Part shown: piece after piece, positions 44,170 to 53,692 of the stretch
Numbering within the stretch: the stretch's first letter is position 1
Layout: the number at the start of each line of letters is the position of its first letter
Virus record (IMG/VR): IMGVR_UViG_3300005098_000046
Location: 1-62,898 of that record
Length of the DNA: 62,898 nt
Direction: 5' to 3' (one strand)
DNA from: a virus
Taxonomy: Duplodnaviria > Caudoviricetes
Program-made: the position numbers and the translations under genes
The notes under the pieces: model-generated
The model's database searches: none
Told to the model about the DNA's origin: nothing
The model's input: the letters and a program-made list of their open reading frames with translations, nothing else

Positions 44170-44448
44170 ATGCCCGTGTCTACGGAGAGGGAAAACTATA
44201 TAATCATCGGCGCCTACAAGCAAGGTCTGCTCGTCTCGCGCTGCGACCGCAACGGCAAAGAACTTGACCCCAACAACCGCTTCCTGGCTTGCCCAGTCTG
44301 CTTCTCTACCGTGCGCGGCGGCGGAGTCCTCGCCGCCGGCTCCTGCTCTAATTGCGGTTGGGCGCCGCCACGCCCCGAACCCGAATCTACTGTTCCACTG
44401 CTCGACCCCACTATCCTCGCCGGCATCCAGCGCGCCCTGAGTAGGTGA
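44170..44448 (+). CDS. Small Zn-ribbon protein
   Basis: CPVC...CSNCG; GGAGGTG RBS; start is 44170 or GTG 44176. Confidence 0.65.
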   Translation: MPVSTERENYIIIGAYKQGLLVSRCDRNGKELDPNNRFLACPVCFSTVRGGGVLAAGSCSNCGWAPPRPEPESTVPLLDPTILAGIQRALSR

Positions 44449-44454
44449 GGCCCA

Positions 44455-45069
44455 GTGCTTACTACCATCGCTCTCCTTTCCACTACTACTACTACTATTA
44501 CTATCTTTATGCCTACTACTATAGTGTGTAGTAAAATATATTACTACAGAAAGGTGTATACTCTACATGACCACCCGGTGCTTACTCCCCAGTCGCTCAC
44601 CAGCCGCTGGCAACCGTCTATGCCCGCCGAACGCTTCATCGCCGAACTCCGTATCATCAATCCATTACCGCCGTGGCAACCACACCAGCCAGTACACGTG
44701 CCTATGTACTTCCCTACACGGCTGCTCCCAGGCGCCACTCTCCACCGCTGGCTCACCGCCGTCAAAGTCGGCCAGCACTACAATATCGACCCAGCGCTCA
44801 TCATCGCTATCGCTTCACACGAAAACCCCTACCGCGATGACTATGCCTGCGGCGTCAAGGTCGCCAAAGGCACCAACCTTCATATCCAGATGGACTGGTG
44901 TGCGCGTATCATCATCCGTGTCTGCCGCCGGCGCCACGTATCACCACGCCCACCCACGCGCCGTATGCTACAAGCTATAGGTCCTATATACTGTCCCACT
45001 GACCCAGCCTGGGCATCCCAAGTGTGGACACTGTACAAACGTGCAATAGGAGGTCGTCACCATGACTGA
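44455..45069 (+). CDS. Lysozyme-fold/transglycosylase-like protein
   Basis: YNIDPALIIAIASHEN (catalytic Glu position), IGPIYCP..W; start uncertain. Confidence 0.6.
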   Translation: MLTTIALLSTTTTTITIFMPTTIVCSKIYYYRKVYTLHDHPVLTPQSLTSRWQPSMPAERFIAELRIINPLPPWQPHQPVHVPMYFPTRLLPGATLHRWLTAVKVGQHYNIDPALIIAIASHENPYRDDYACGVKVAKGTNLHIQMDWCARIIIRVCRRRHVSPRPPTRRMLQAIGPIYCPTDPAWASQVWTLYKRAIGGRHHD

Positions 45070-45346
45070 TGGTCTTCTGCCAGCCGTCTTTATTCTGCTG
45101 GCGCTTATCGGCTTTGGCTTCCTTATCGCTACCGGTATCTGCGAAGGCGCCTTCTGGCATACCATCCCACACGCTACCGTCGTCGTCGCTACTCCCGACG
45201 GGCATACCCCATTCATCCTTCATACCGGCGAAGTCCGCTTCCACGGATCTAAGCTAATCCTCCTCCCCAGCCGTGCGCAATTCCCGGTCTCCGCTATAAC
45301 AAGTGTCCGTATCACAATTGACCCTTCTGTCGCACCACTGGAGTGA
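45062..45346 (+). CDS. Small membrane protein
   Basis: N-terminal TM helix; AGGAGG RBS. Confidence 0.65.
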   Translation: MTDGLLPAVFILLALIGFGFLIATGICEGAFWHTIPHATVVVATPDGHTPFILHTGEVRFHGSKLILLPSRAQFPVSAITSVRITIDPSVAPLE

Positions 45347-45525
45347 AATCCTATGCGTCTTTTTTCACTGCGTAAAATACGCCGCTCTTGCTATCGCCTT
45401 GGCTCACTGCTCGGCTGGATTAATGCCACTGCTTCCGGCCCCGCAGCGCTGTTGCGCAGAACCGTCAACGTCTTCATCGGCCGCAATATCGTCCGCCGTA
45501 TCTGGTGGCGCAGGAGGTGAATAGC

Positions 45526-45915
45526 ATGGACCCGCTTATTAAAATGCCTACACTCCATCTCATGTTCGCCGACACGCAATTCGCTGATATACTCGCCGGC
45601 CGTAAAACTGCCACCATCCGGCCGGGCTTCCTCCCAGCCGCCCCTAATCAGCTACTACAATGCCACTCGGTCTCTGGCGCCGCTACCAACCAAATGCGCA
45701 TCGTCGAAGTCTACCACGGCCCCGTATCCCATCTCTCCTTCCAGCAGCTTCGCCGCGCCGCTCCAAACGTAGTCAGCCCCTATACGCCTACGCCAACCGC
45801 ACGCGAAAAAGTCCGCGCTCTTCTCAAAGAACTCTCCGGCCAACCAGTCTCCTTCGCGGATAGCGTGACGTATATCTATTGGACACCGCCAAGGGGGTTC
45901 TCAGATGAAGAATGA
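45526..45915 (+). CDS. ASCH-domain protein
   Basis: LMF...ILAGRKTATIR signature; RBS CAGGAGGTGA. Confidence 0.8.
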   Translation: MDPLIKMPTLHLMFADTQFADILAGRKTATIRPGFLPAAPNQLLQCHSVSGAATNQMRIVEVYHGPVSHLSFQQLRRAAPNVVSPYTPTPTAREKVRALLKELSGQPVSFADSVTYIYWTPPRGFSDEE

Positions 45916-46483
45916 TATTCCATTCCCGCCTGCTTGGCCTGCGTGGGTCGTGATTGATAAGTGCGACTATGAACCATTTTGGGTGGCGGCCCCTACGCCG
46001 CAACATGCCCGCGAATGGGTCGCCCACGAGTGTGTCGGCCACCCATCTCTGTATCCAGCTAAACCGCTTAGCGTGCTCCGCCGACGCCTGTGGGCAACCC
46101 CCACGCCGCTCATCTGGTTCGCGCGCGGCTGGATGGACTATGCGGCCGTCTGTATCCGCGGCAATGACTACGATGAATGGCTCGGATGGTCACTCGTCCT
46201 AACATGCGAGCTCGGCCCACAGTGCGACACTGCGATGATAGATGAAGTGCTTACCGCGCTCGTCGCAAACGCTCTTGATGACCAAGACCCAGCATGGGGC
46301 ACTGTTTATTGCCCCGCTATGGCTCACGCATTCCTCTTCGTGCCCAGCCGCTCCGTCGTGCGCCAAATGAAACAAGCACTTGCAGACGGCTCTATGGTTC
46401 CACCAGGCGATGTCGTCGATGCTCGATGTGTCGCATTCTTGCATGATACTGCTTCATTGCCAGGTTGGACCGTCAAGAGGTGA
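45905..46483 (+). CDS. Hypothetical protein
   Basis: 192 aa, overlaps upstream stop. Confidence 0.6.
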   Translation: MKNDIPFPPAWPAWVVIDKCDYEPFWVAAPTPQHAREWVAHECVGHPSLYPAKPLSVLRRRLWATPTPLIWFARGWMDYAAVCIRGNDYDEWLGWSLVLTCELGPQCDTAMIDEVLTALVANALDDQDPAWGTVYCPAMAHAFLFVPSRSVVRQMKQALADGSMVPPGDVVDARCVAFLHDTASLPGWTVKR

Positions 46484-46489
46484 TGTATC

Positions 46490-46948
46490 GTGATTAAGCC
46501 AGCTATTACACTGAAGGTTATCCGCGTGGAATGGCCAACCGCTTGCCCGGAAATCCGCGCCGCTGACTTGGCCAACTTTTCCTGCCGCCCCGATGCCGAA
46601 GCCCTAGCCTTCGAGGAACGCCAGGGGCGCGCCATCGCCGCCCTCTTCCTCGACTCATCCCCCTCAATCGTTGAAGTCCAGGCCCTCCCCGGCAGCGGCT
46701 CAGTCTTCGTCTTCTGGCTCGCTTACGTCTACGACGCACGCGAAGAACTGCCAGCACGCTTGCTCGTCGCTGAACCCGGCTTGCACGCCTCTATGGTCCT
46801 TTCCGTCCAGCCCGGTATGATTCTTCACTGGTCCTATCTCTATGAGAAAATGCCGGCTCTCGGCAAACACTACGAAATCGTTCGCATCGCCGGCTTGCTC
46901 GGTGCTATCCGTGACGCTCTCGCCCGCTCACACGCGGGCGCGGATTGA
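46490..46948 (+). CDS. Hypothetical protein
   Basis: GAGGTG RBS, 152 aa. Confidence 0.6.
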   Translation: MIKPAITLKVIRVEWPTACPEIRAADLANFSCRPDAEALAFEERQGRAIAALFLDSSPSIVEVQALPGSGSVFVFWLAYVYDAREELPARLLVAEPGLHASMVLSVQPGMILHWSYLYEKMPALGKHYEIVRIAGLLGAIRDALARSHAGAD

Positions 46949-46976
46949 AACATTATGGTCCCAAAGGAGGATGACT

Positions 46977-47315
46977 ATGCAGCCCACATGGAGATGGTAC
47001 TGGGAAGGCATCCTTGTTCGCATACTGCGTGTGCTTGACTTTATTCTGCCGCCGCAAGGCGCGCAAGTTATACTGGACCCCGACGACCATATCATCATTC
47101 ATCGCCGCTCGCGCTTCGGCCTCTTCTGCGAACGCAAGCGTCTCCGTATCGCTATCTGGGTCGGCGACCATGCAAATATCTGCCGACTCTGGCTCGCGTG
47201 CTGGCAGCTCGGCGGCCACCACAACACTGTCACGGCCCCTAACCAGCCTGCCTGCATTAACTGGCATATCGCCGAAGAATGCCGCGTCTGCAAAGGAGAA
47301 ACCCAACATGGCTAA
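46977..47315 (+). CDS. Hypothetical protein
   Basis: AAGGAGG RBS; ATG 46971 or 46977. Confidence 0.6.
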   Translation: MQPTWRWYWEGILVRILRVLDFILPPQGAQVILDPDDHIIIHRRSRFGLFCERKRLRIAIWVGDHANICRLWLACWQLGGHHNTVTAPNQPACINWHIAEECRVCKGETQHG

Positions 47316-47514
47316 GCGCAAGAAACGCAAATCTGAAGAACCGGACATGTATGTCCAGAACCTGCCGGATGACCCCGGCGTGCTGAAGGCACTGCTTCTG
47401 CTTGTGCTTAACATTGCTGGTCATGGAGACCTGTATACGATGGGTGCCATCCTGCGCGGTTGCTGGGATGAATTGTGTAACCTCAGGCCAGATTTACGGG
47501 AGAATGCATCATGA
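47308..47514 (+). CDS. Small hypothetical protein
   Basis: AAGGAG RBS, MAKRKKRK start. Confidence 0.6.
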   Translation: MAKRKKRKSEEPDMYVQNLPDDPGVLKALLLLVLNIAGHGDLYTMGAILRGCWDELCNLRPDLRENAS

Positions 47515-47876
47515 AACTACGCGACTTCATCTGTCTGCCAGGCGACGGTTGGGAACCCTACGACGGTGCCTACTTCTTGCCAAAAGATACCACCAACGTT
47601 GGCATCGAACTGGTGTTCTATAAAAACGGCAAACGCTGGAGCGCCCCAGGCAGGAAAGTCTTCCTGCGCCTCTATGACCATCGCCGCTTCTGGTTGCGCG
47701 ATTACGAACTTTATGTCAGCGACGACGGCACGGCTATCTGGCGCCCAGGCTCGCTGGCCTCAGGCGTCTATTATATTCGGTGCCGTACAACGAATGATGA
47801 AGTGAGTAATTTCATCCGTTGGCGCACCGCGCTTAATGAAACGACAGAACGGCTTGTAGGCCCGATTTGCTGTTGA
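47511..47876 (+). CDS. Hypothetical protein
   Basis: ATGA overlap, 121 aa. Confidence 0.6.
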   Translation: MKLRDFICLPGDGWEPYDGAYFLPKDTTNVGIELVFYKNGKRWSAPGRKVFLRLYDHRRFWLRDYELYVSDDGTAIWRPGSLASGVYYIRCRTTNDEVSNFIRWRTALNETTERLVGPICC

Positions 47877-48397
47877 AAATACGTCGAATCTCGCACGTAT
47901 GTTTCATGGAGGGCTTGCTTGTGCGATACAAGATACCCAAGCAATTCTTCATCTGGCCGATGTGGAATGCGGCAGTAGTGGGGCATGAGCGGTGGTACAT
48001 CCCGGCGCGGAATCGCCGTGAAGTATCGAACTATTTAGCGGCGCAAGGTGTAGCGCGTTCAGAAGTGTTACGTGTGGAAGGCTTGACGATGCGTTGGCGG
48101 CGTGTTTGGGCGACGACGGCCCCGGCTGCTGTGTTGCGGCTTGGCATGGCAGAGTATGTATTCGTGCAGATTATGTTCCCGGAGCCGATGTTGTTGCCGG
48201 TGTATGTAGAGTCGGAGGTTACCGATGCTGTGGATGTGCTGGAGATGACGGCGGCGTTGGATGATGGCGGCCCGGTGTACTGGGCGAGTGCAGAGGCCGA
48301 CAATAAGGTGTGGTACTATTTTCTGCCGCACAAGACGTATGCTGGTGTATGCAATGCGCGGCTGAAGGAGAGTGGGGGCCTGTGGAAACTCGATTGA
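47867..48397 (+). CDS. Hypothetical protein
   Basis: 176 aa ORF continuing the operon; start uncertain. Confidence 0.5.
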   Translation: MLLKIRRISHVCFMEGLLVRYKIPKQFFIWPMWNAAVVGHERWYIPARNRREVSNYLAAQGVARSEVLRVEGLTMRWRRVWATTAPAAVLRLGMAEYVFVQIMFPEPMLLPVYVESEVTDAVDVLEMTAALDDGGPVYWASAEADNKVWYYFLPHKTYAGVCNARLKESGGLWKLD

Positions 48398-48422
48398 CGC
48401 GGGTGCTGTGCGGTGCTACAAT
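48394..48422 (+). promoter_or_regulatory. Sigma70-type promoter of sRNA2
   Basis: TTGACG, 17 nt, TGn-TACAAT. Confidence 0.75.
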
Positions 48423-48425
48423 TAG

Positions 48426-48495
48426 GCCCCCGAAAGGGGCGTCACCTCCTGGCCTCGCCTGCCTTGGCCGCGTGGCGGGCGAGGCTATTTTATTT
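48426..48495 (+). ncRNA. Predicted anti-Shine-Dalgarno small RNA (sRNA2)
   Basis: CCCC-GAAA-GGGG hairpin, single-stranded GUCACCUCCUG, then a terminator; bracketed by promoter and U-tract. Confidence 0.65.
48452..48495 (+). terminator. Intrinsic terminator
   Basis: GCCTCGCCTGCC / GGCGGGCGAGGC 12-bp stem then TATTTTATTT. Confidence 0.8.
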
Positions 48496-48617
48496 GGCGA
48501 CATGCTTCCCTGCTGCCGAGGAGAGACGCTGCTATGTTCGCCGTGAACATTGATGACCTGGAGATGTATGTGAAGGAGAGCGGCTTGGCGATGCAACAAG
48601 AGGGAGAGTGATGCTCT

Positions 48618-49190
48618 ATGTGGCGCAAACACTACTACTGGCCGTGGCTGGAGATTGGCCCGCTCCGGTTGTATGGCGTTGACAAGCGGCGCGGCCGCGA
48701 AGCGTGGTGGCGTGTAGAATGCTGTACTGGGACCGGTCCCCGGAGACGGCTGCCGCTTGAGAATTGGCATCACAGCGAATGGCGTAAGCGGCGGTTCCCG
48801 CTTGCCAATCTTGATGAAGTCATAGCGGCGGTGCGGCATGTTGTCGGCGAATGGCTTGACGAGCATGGCGTGTACATTGTGGATACTGACCCGGCTGCAT
48901 ATCGGCGCGGCTTGCAATACGCTTCGGCGATTGCGCTGGTGAACCCGCAGGTGCCGTGGCGCAGCGAGAAGATATTCGGCGCGCGGCACTTCGACTATCT
49001 GTGCAGCGAAGCGGCGGTTGACCTGATGCGGACGGCTAGTACTGGTGAATATGTAGATGGTGTCAAGTACAGCACGGACCTGGCCTTGCTGATTGACATT
49101 GCGGTTGCCGAAGCTGCGGTGCTGCATGGCTTGCTGGCGTGGGCGCAGAACGCCTGGAACTATGGAGGTGTGCAACGCAATGAGGATTAA
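48618..49190 (+). CDS. Hypothetical protein
   Basis: 190 aa, GAGGGAG upstream. Confidence 0.6.
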   Translation: MWRKHYYWPWLEIGPLRLYGVDKRRGREAWWRVECCTGTGPRRRLPLENWHHSEWRKRRFPLANLDEVIAAVRHVVGEWLDEHGVYIVDTDPAAYRRGLQYASAIALVNPQVPWRSEKIFGARHFDYLCSEAAVDLMRTASTGEYVDGVKYSTDLALLIDIAVAEAAVLHGLLAWAQNAWNYGGVQRNED

Positions 49191-49380
49191 AGCTACTCGT
49201 GTACGCGCAGAGGAACTGAAGCCTGGCGACTTGTTCTCCATAGCCGGCCCAGAATGGTGGGACCATCATGATGAGCTGGCGCCCGGTGCGATAGGGCAGA
49301 AGGTCTACATCCGCACGGAAGCGCCGTGCCCGTTAGACCAAAAGGACGACGAGGTGTATCGCATCACCATCGAGAGGTGA
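49180..49380 (+). CDS. Small hypothetical protein
   Basis: GGAGGTG RBS, 66 aa. Confidence 0.65.
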   Translation: MRIKATRVRAEELKPGDLFSIAGPEWWDHHDELAPGAIGQKVYIRTEAPCPLDQKDDEVYRITIER

Positions 49381-49385
49381 CCGCC

Positions 49386-49682
49386 ATGCTAACGGTGCTG
49401 CTTTGCTTTCTATGCGCAGCCGCCGGGTTCGGCCTCGCTTGTCTTGTGGCCGCTGCGAAACTTGCCGACCAGCAGTCCCAGTCCTTCGCCAGCCAACTCC
49501 GCGCCACACGCGAAGTGCTTGATTTCTTAGACGAGCTTATCGACCGCCGCGCGGAATCCGACATGAGCATTGCGCACGATGCCGGCCGCCGTGCCGCCGT
49601 TGAGCATTTGAAGCACCACCGCCACAGCGCCGTTGCTGGTGTGCGCCGATTGATGGACGACTTCTTTCGGGGGATAGATTGA
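49386..49682 (+). CDS. Small membrane-anchored protein
   Basis: GAGGTGA RBS, N-terminal hydrophobic helix. Confidence 0.65.
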   Translation: MLTVLLCFLCAAAGFGLACLVAAAKLADQQSQSFASQLRATREVLDFLDELIDRRAESDMSIAHDAGRRAAVEHLKHHRHSAVAGVRRLMDDFFRGID

Positions 49683-49683
49683 C

Positions 49684-49929
49684 ATGGGCTACAAACCACG
49701 TGACTGGTTGCTGGCACTCGCGCGTCTTGACTTGATTGGGCGCTTCTCGCAACGCGACCGCGAAGCGGTTGCTGATATTCTGGTATGGGAACTGGAGCAG
49801 ACCCCGGACCGGCCGTTCACCATTCAACAAGCACGTGATATGATGGCGCTCGGCACCATCACGCCAGCCATGCTGCGCGTATTTGAAGCCGTGCACAATC
49901 TCTTGCGCCAAGAGGACGCCGATGACTGA
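49684..49929 (+). CDS. Hypothetical protein
   Basis: 81 aa, tightly packed between neighbours. Confidence 0.6.
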   Translation: MGYKPRDWLLALARLDLIGRFSQRDREAVADILVWELEQTPDRPFTIQQARDMMALGTITPAMLRVFEAVHNLLRQEDADD

Positions 49930-50650
49930 TATGCCTCTCCACGTAGAAGAAGCGTTCATGCATTTCAACATTGCACAGTGGCTGCGCTGGCAGCACTATG
50001 TGTCTGTGCGCGAAGCCCCGCTTCCGTGGGGGCTTGGCGGCCGCATCGACGTTGTCGGCTTTGACCCGAACACTGATATGCTTATCGGCGTTGAAGCCAA
50101 GCTCCAGCCGACAGATGAAGTGCTTGACCAAGCTGAGCGCGCGAAAGACTATTGTGAATACGTATACGTCGCGCTGCCCGGACATGCTGGTGCAGATTTC
50201 GTGCGGCGGGTTGCGGCTATCGGCGTGGGCTTGCTGAACGTAGATGCCCGCGAGCGGCGAACAAAACCGCCGTGGGGTGTCGATGAACAGCTTGCGCCGA
50301 AAGGTTGTAGCCCGCCGCACAAGCAAAAGCTACTGGAGATTGTCGAAGAAGTCGCGGAGTTTCTGCAAGGCAAGAATCCGCGCTGTATCTTCAAGCGGAT
50401 ATGTATCTTTCGAGCGCCGTCTGGCAAATGTTTGCTGCCGCAGCCGACGCTGGAATTGACATCGCAAGGTGGATGGACCTGTCGGTCGGCGCTGACGCTG
50501 GCGCAAGCGGTCAAGCAAGCGGAGATACCACGTGCGGTGCGTGACCCGGAAGTCAGCGCGGCGCTTCGCGTCGCAGCCGAACATTATCCGCGTGTGCGTA
50601 AGGTGCTGGACAACCCGTACCATGACAAGCTGACGAAAGGCTGGAGCTAA
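49922..50650 (+). CDS. PD-(D/E)XK nuclease-fold protein (MmcB-like)
   Basis: REAP...GRIDVVG...GVEAK, DQA..Y, YVYVALP, GVGLL. Confidence 0.75.
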   Translation: MTDMPLHVEEAFMHFNIAQWLRWQHYVSVREAPLPWGLGGRIDVVGFDPNTDMLIGVEAKLQPTDEVLDQAERAKDYCEYVYVALPGHAGADFVRRVAAIGVGLLNVDARERRTKPPWGVDEQLAPKGCSPPHKQKLLEIVEEVAEFLQGKNPRCIFKRICIFRAPSGKCLLPQPTLELTSQGGWTCRSALTLAQAVKQAEIPRAVRDPEVSAALRVAAEHYPRVRKVLDNPYHDKLTKGWS

Positions 50651-51193
50651 ATGGACACCGTGCGCCTTCAGATAGCTGGCCGGGCCAAAACCGAGCGCAA
50701 GCGGCTCGTCTTCGTCGGCGGCACGCCGCGCCGCGTAGACACGCCGGACCGCCAGAGCTGGAAAGCGCGCGTCGCTGAAGCAGCTTATGCAGCATACGAA
50801 GAAGCCGTCGCTGACGGTGCTGAACTCCCGTTCAGTGGCCCGGTGTTGCTTCATGTTATCTACGTGAAGCCGCTGCCGAAAAGCCGGCCGAGCAAGCCGA
50901 CAAAGAAGTGGCCGCTGCCGACAGCTTTCATCACCAAACCGGACATCGTGGACAATCTCACCAAGCCGCTCATCGATGCTTGTAGTGGCATTCTCTGGCA
51001 CGATGACCAGCAGATAGTCGCGGCTATCGTGGCGAAGGTTTATCAGCAACGCCCGGCTGCTGAACAAGTGTTCATCGCTGCGGCCGGCAACTTCGTCACA
51101 CCAGAAGAGCTTGAAGCCGATGGTATGCGTTTTCTTTTCCGGCAACTTCAAGAGACTCAGATGCTATTGACCGGCCGTAAGCGTTTGACATAA
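50651..51193 (+). CDS. rusA: RusA-family Holliday junction resolvase
   Basis: KPDIVDNLTKPLIDACSGILWHDDQQIV. Confidence 0.88.
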   Translation: MDTVRLQIAGRAKTERKRLVFVGGTPRRVDTPDRQSWKARVAEAAYAAYEEAVADGAELPFSGPVLLHVIYVKPLPKSRPSKPTKKWPLPTAFITKPDIVDNLTKPLIDACSGILWHDDQQIVAAIVAKVYQQRPAAEQVFIAAAGNFVTPEELEADGMRFLFRQLQETQMLLTGRKRLT

Positions 51194-51205
51194 ACTATCC
51201 GCGCT

Positions 51206-52369
51206 ATGCGCATTCCACCGCCACAACGTCCGAAGCGCGACCAAGAACCGGTGCCGCCGTCGTCGTGCAACGATGGCTTGCCGTGCGCTGAATGTCCGTT
51301 CAGAAAGAATGGCTTTTGCCCCGGCTGCCGTGGCCATATCCGCTATTGCATTCAGTCTTCGTGTATTGGCACCAAGTGCGAGCGATGCGTTACCCACGCG
51401 CAGAAGCAGCGTTTTGTCCCCAGCGTTTGTGGTCGCTCGCCGCTGCTGCAACACTTCTATAATCATTTTGTTATCCTGCACAACCGCGTTGAGCAGATGC
51501 TGGAGACGATGCCGGCGCGCGGCCCGCTGCCCCCGTTGCCGAAGCATATCCCGTATGTGCAGTACATGGATGTCGGCCTAATCGGATTGTTCGGCTACAA
51601 AGCGGTGGCCATTCATATTGACCGCTATGACCCGCGCTGGCTGCCAGAAGTCGGCATGAAAACTATCCACGAATTGCTCGGGCTTGATGACGACTGCGTT
51701 GTCATCCAGATGCTCGAAACCGTTGACGACTATTTGGAGCAACGCTGGCCGAAGCGCTGGTGGGAAGGTCTCGCCGAGTCCGGCGTCACGCTATGGGAGC
51801 ACTTGGTCATCACTGGCTACTGGAACGTCTCGCGTGCTCATGCGCTGTACAATTGTATGCGTGCGATGTACGACTTCCTCGAAAGCGGTGCGCAGATTTA
51901 TATCCCCATCATGCTGGACACGCCGTTTCTCGTGGAGCTTGGCAAGCGTGTTGCGGCGAAGGCGGCGGCGGCTCGGCTTTCGTTTACGACGCTTCATTCA
52001 ACTGAGCGCAAAGAAGATTTGCGTATTAATCTGGCGGCGCTGAAGCTGTACAACGACGTGGTGCTGCCCGAAGGGCAGCCGGTGCTGGTCTACGGCAGCG
52101 TAGACGAGATGCATCCGCTGCGGCGGTACGTGGAAGATGTTATGGCGCAGAAGCACCCGATACATTGGATAGAGCACTTGACGCCGCGCGGCTGGAAGTC
52201 GCAGATGGATGTGGTGCGGCAATGGCGAAGGCGAGTGCTGATACCGGTTTGTAGGCGGCTGCGCGAAACGATGTACAACGGCAAGCCGCTGCACATTGAA
52301 CCTGATGACAAGCTGGTGGAGACGGCCCGGCGGATTGTTGACACGGCGTGGGACGTGCCGAAAGACTAA
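51206..52369 (+). CDS. DUF4417-like protein with Cys-rich N-terminus
   Basis: Multiple CxxC; DDYLEQRW, SRAHALYNCMR, GAQIYIP resemble DUF4417 by eye; adjacent to ParB. Confidence 0.5.
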   Translation: MRIPPPQRPKRDQEPVPPSSCNDGLPCAECPFRKNGFCPGCRGHIRYCIQSSCIGTKCERCVTHAQKQRFVPSVCGRSPLLQHFYNHFVILHNRVEQMLETMPARGPLPPLPKHIPYVQYMDVGLIGLFGYKAVAIHIDRYDPRWLPEVGMKTIHELLGLDDDCVVIQMLETVDDYLEQRWPKRWWEGLAESGVTLWEHLVITGYWNVSRAHALYNCMRAMYDFLESGAQIYIPIMLDTPFLVELGKRVAAKAAAARLSFTTLHSTERKEDLRINLAALKLYNDVVLPEGQPVLVYGSVDEMHPLRRYVEDVMAQKHPIHWIEHLTPRGWKSQMDVVRQWRRRVLIPVCRRLRETMYNGKPLHIEPDDKLVETARRIVDTAWDVPKD

Positions 52370-52383
52370 GTGGGTGAAAGCAA

Positions 52384-53361
52384 ATGACCGCAGATGAGCA
52401 TGTGGATGCAGCGGAAGTAACAGAAGGGGCAGCGGCCCCGGAGCCGGAGATGCCGTCTCATGTAATGTTGATGATGGTGCCGCTGAAGAAGCTGCATCCG
52501 AACGGCTGGAACCCGCACCGGCGCGACCCGTCCATTCAAGAGAAGCTGAAGCGCGGCATACAAGAAACGGTGGAGCGCGGCGATGACATGCCGCCGCTGA
52601 TTGTGCGGCCGCACCCGGAGATTGAAGGCGAGTATGAGATTATTGACGGCGAAGGCCGATACGACATCGCGAAGCGGTTGAAGCTGGAGGCGGTCCCGTG
52701 CCAGATATGGGATGTAGATACGCCGACGGCTATCCGCTTGACGATTGCGCTAAATGAGATACGCGGCCAGCGCGACGAAGACCGCTACTGGGCGGCCATC
52801 GCCGAGTTTGTGACGGCCGGTGGCACGCTGGACACGCTGGAATATTCGATACCTGAGGACCCGGACTTTGTTGTGGCGGGGCTTGACCTTGCGGGGATGG
52901 CGGAGGCGGCGCAATTCCTGGAGGAGATGCTGGACGAAGCGGCGGAGCAGAAAGCTACTGAAGCACAGATGGATGCGCAAGCAGAAACAGCGGCGCCTGT
53001 GGTTGGCGGAGAAGCTGGCGATGCTGAGCCGACAGAAGGTGGTGCCGCTGAAGTTTCAGATGTGCAAGCGGCTGGCGACGCTGGGGAGCAACCTGCGGAG
53101 GGTGAAGAAGGTGCCGAGGATGCGGCGGCGGAGATAGCGCAAGCCGTGCAGCAAGCACAGTCCCGGCAGCAGATGCGTATTTTGCTGCGGCTATACGTTG
53201 GCGAAGACACGCATAAAAAGCTGCTTGCATTGTGTACGGCTCTCGGGCATGATATGCTAACTGAAGAAGCGTTCGCCGACATCGTGGAGCTTGCGATGCG
53301 AAGCATGAATGAAAGCACAGCGGCAGACGAAACACCCGAAGATAATTCGGAGGTGGAGTAA
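52384..53361 (+). CDS. ParB/Srx N-terminal domain protein with acidic linker
   Basis: LHPNGWNP, PPLIVRP, YEIIDGEGR, LNEIRG. Confidence 0.85.
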   Translation: MTADEHVDAAEVTEGAAAPEPEMPSHVMLMMVPLKKLHPNGWNPHRRDPSIQEKLKRGIQETVERGDDMPPLIVRPHPEIEGEYEIIDGEGRYDIAKRLKLEAVPCQIWDVDTPTAIRLTIALNEIRGQRDEDRYWAAIAEFVTAGGTLDTLEYSIPEDPDFVVAGLDLAGMAEAAQFLEEMLDEAAEQKATEAQMDAQAETAAPVVGGEAGDAEPTEGGAAEVSDVQAAGDAGEQPAEGEEGAEDAAAEIAQAVQQAQSRQQMRILLRLYVGEDTHKKLLALCTALGHDMLTEEAFADIVELAMRSMNESTAADETPEDNSEVE

Positions 53362-53655
53362 ATGGCCAAAGGCGGAGGAGCCGCTGGCGTTTCTGGTGGC
53401 GCTGCTGTTGAAAGAGCGACTGTGTTGCCGAACGTTATTACAGCTCGGCTGATAACAGGCGCTGCAGGGGAAGGCCGTGCGCTGCTGACAATCGAGCGTG
53501 CTACTGGCCGCGTCAGAATCGAGACTGGCAATCGCACCATACGCGCCGGCAATCTCGGCCGCACACCTAATCCTCGGACCGACCGTGGCGCTGAGCGCGT
53601 CGCGCGCGATGCGTTGCGCACTCTTGGCATTCGGGTCCTGCCGCGCCGACGGTGA
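53362..53655 (+). CDS. Small basic protein, Gly-rich N-terminus (paralog 1)
   Basis: MAKGGGAAGVSGGAAV; Arg-rich; GGAGGTGG upstream. Confidence 0.8.
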   Translation: MAKGGGAAGVSGGAAVERATVLPNVITARLITGAAGEGRALLTIERATGRVRIETGNRTIRAGNLGRTPNPRTDRGAERVARDALRTLGIRVLPRRR

Positions 53656-53692
53656 TAGTGTCAATGACGATAACACGATGGAGGCGATTACG

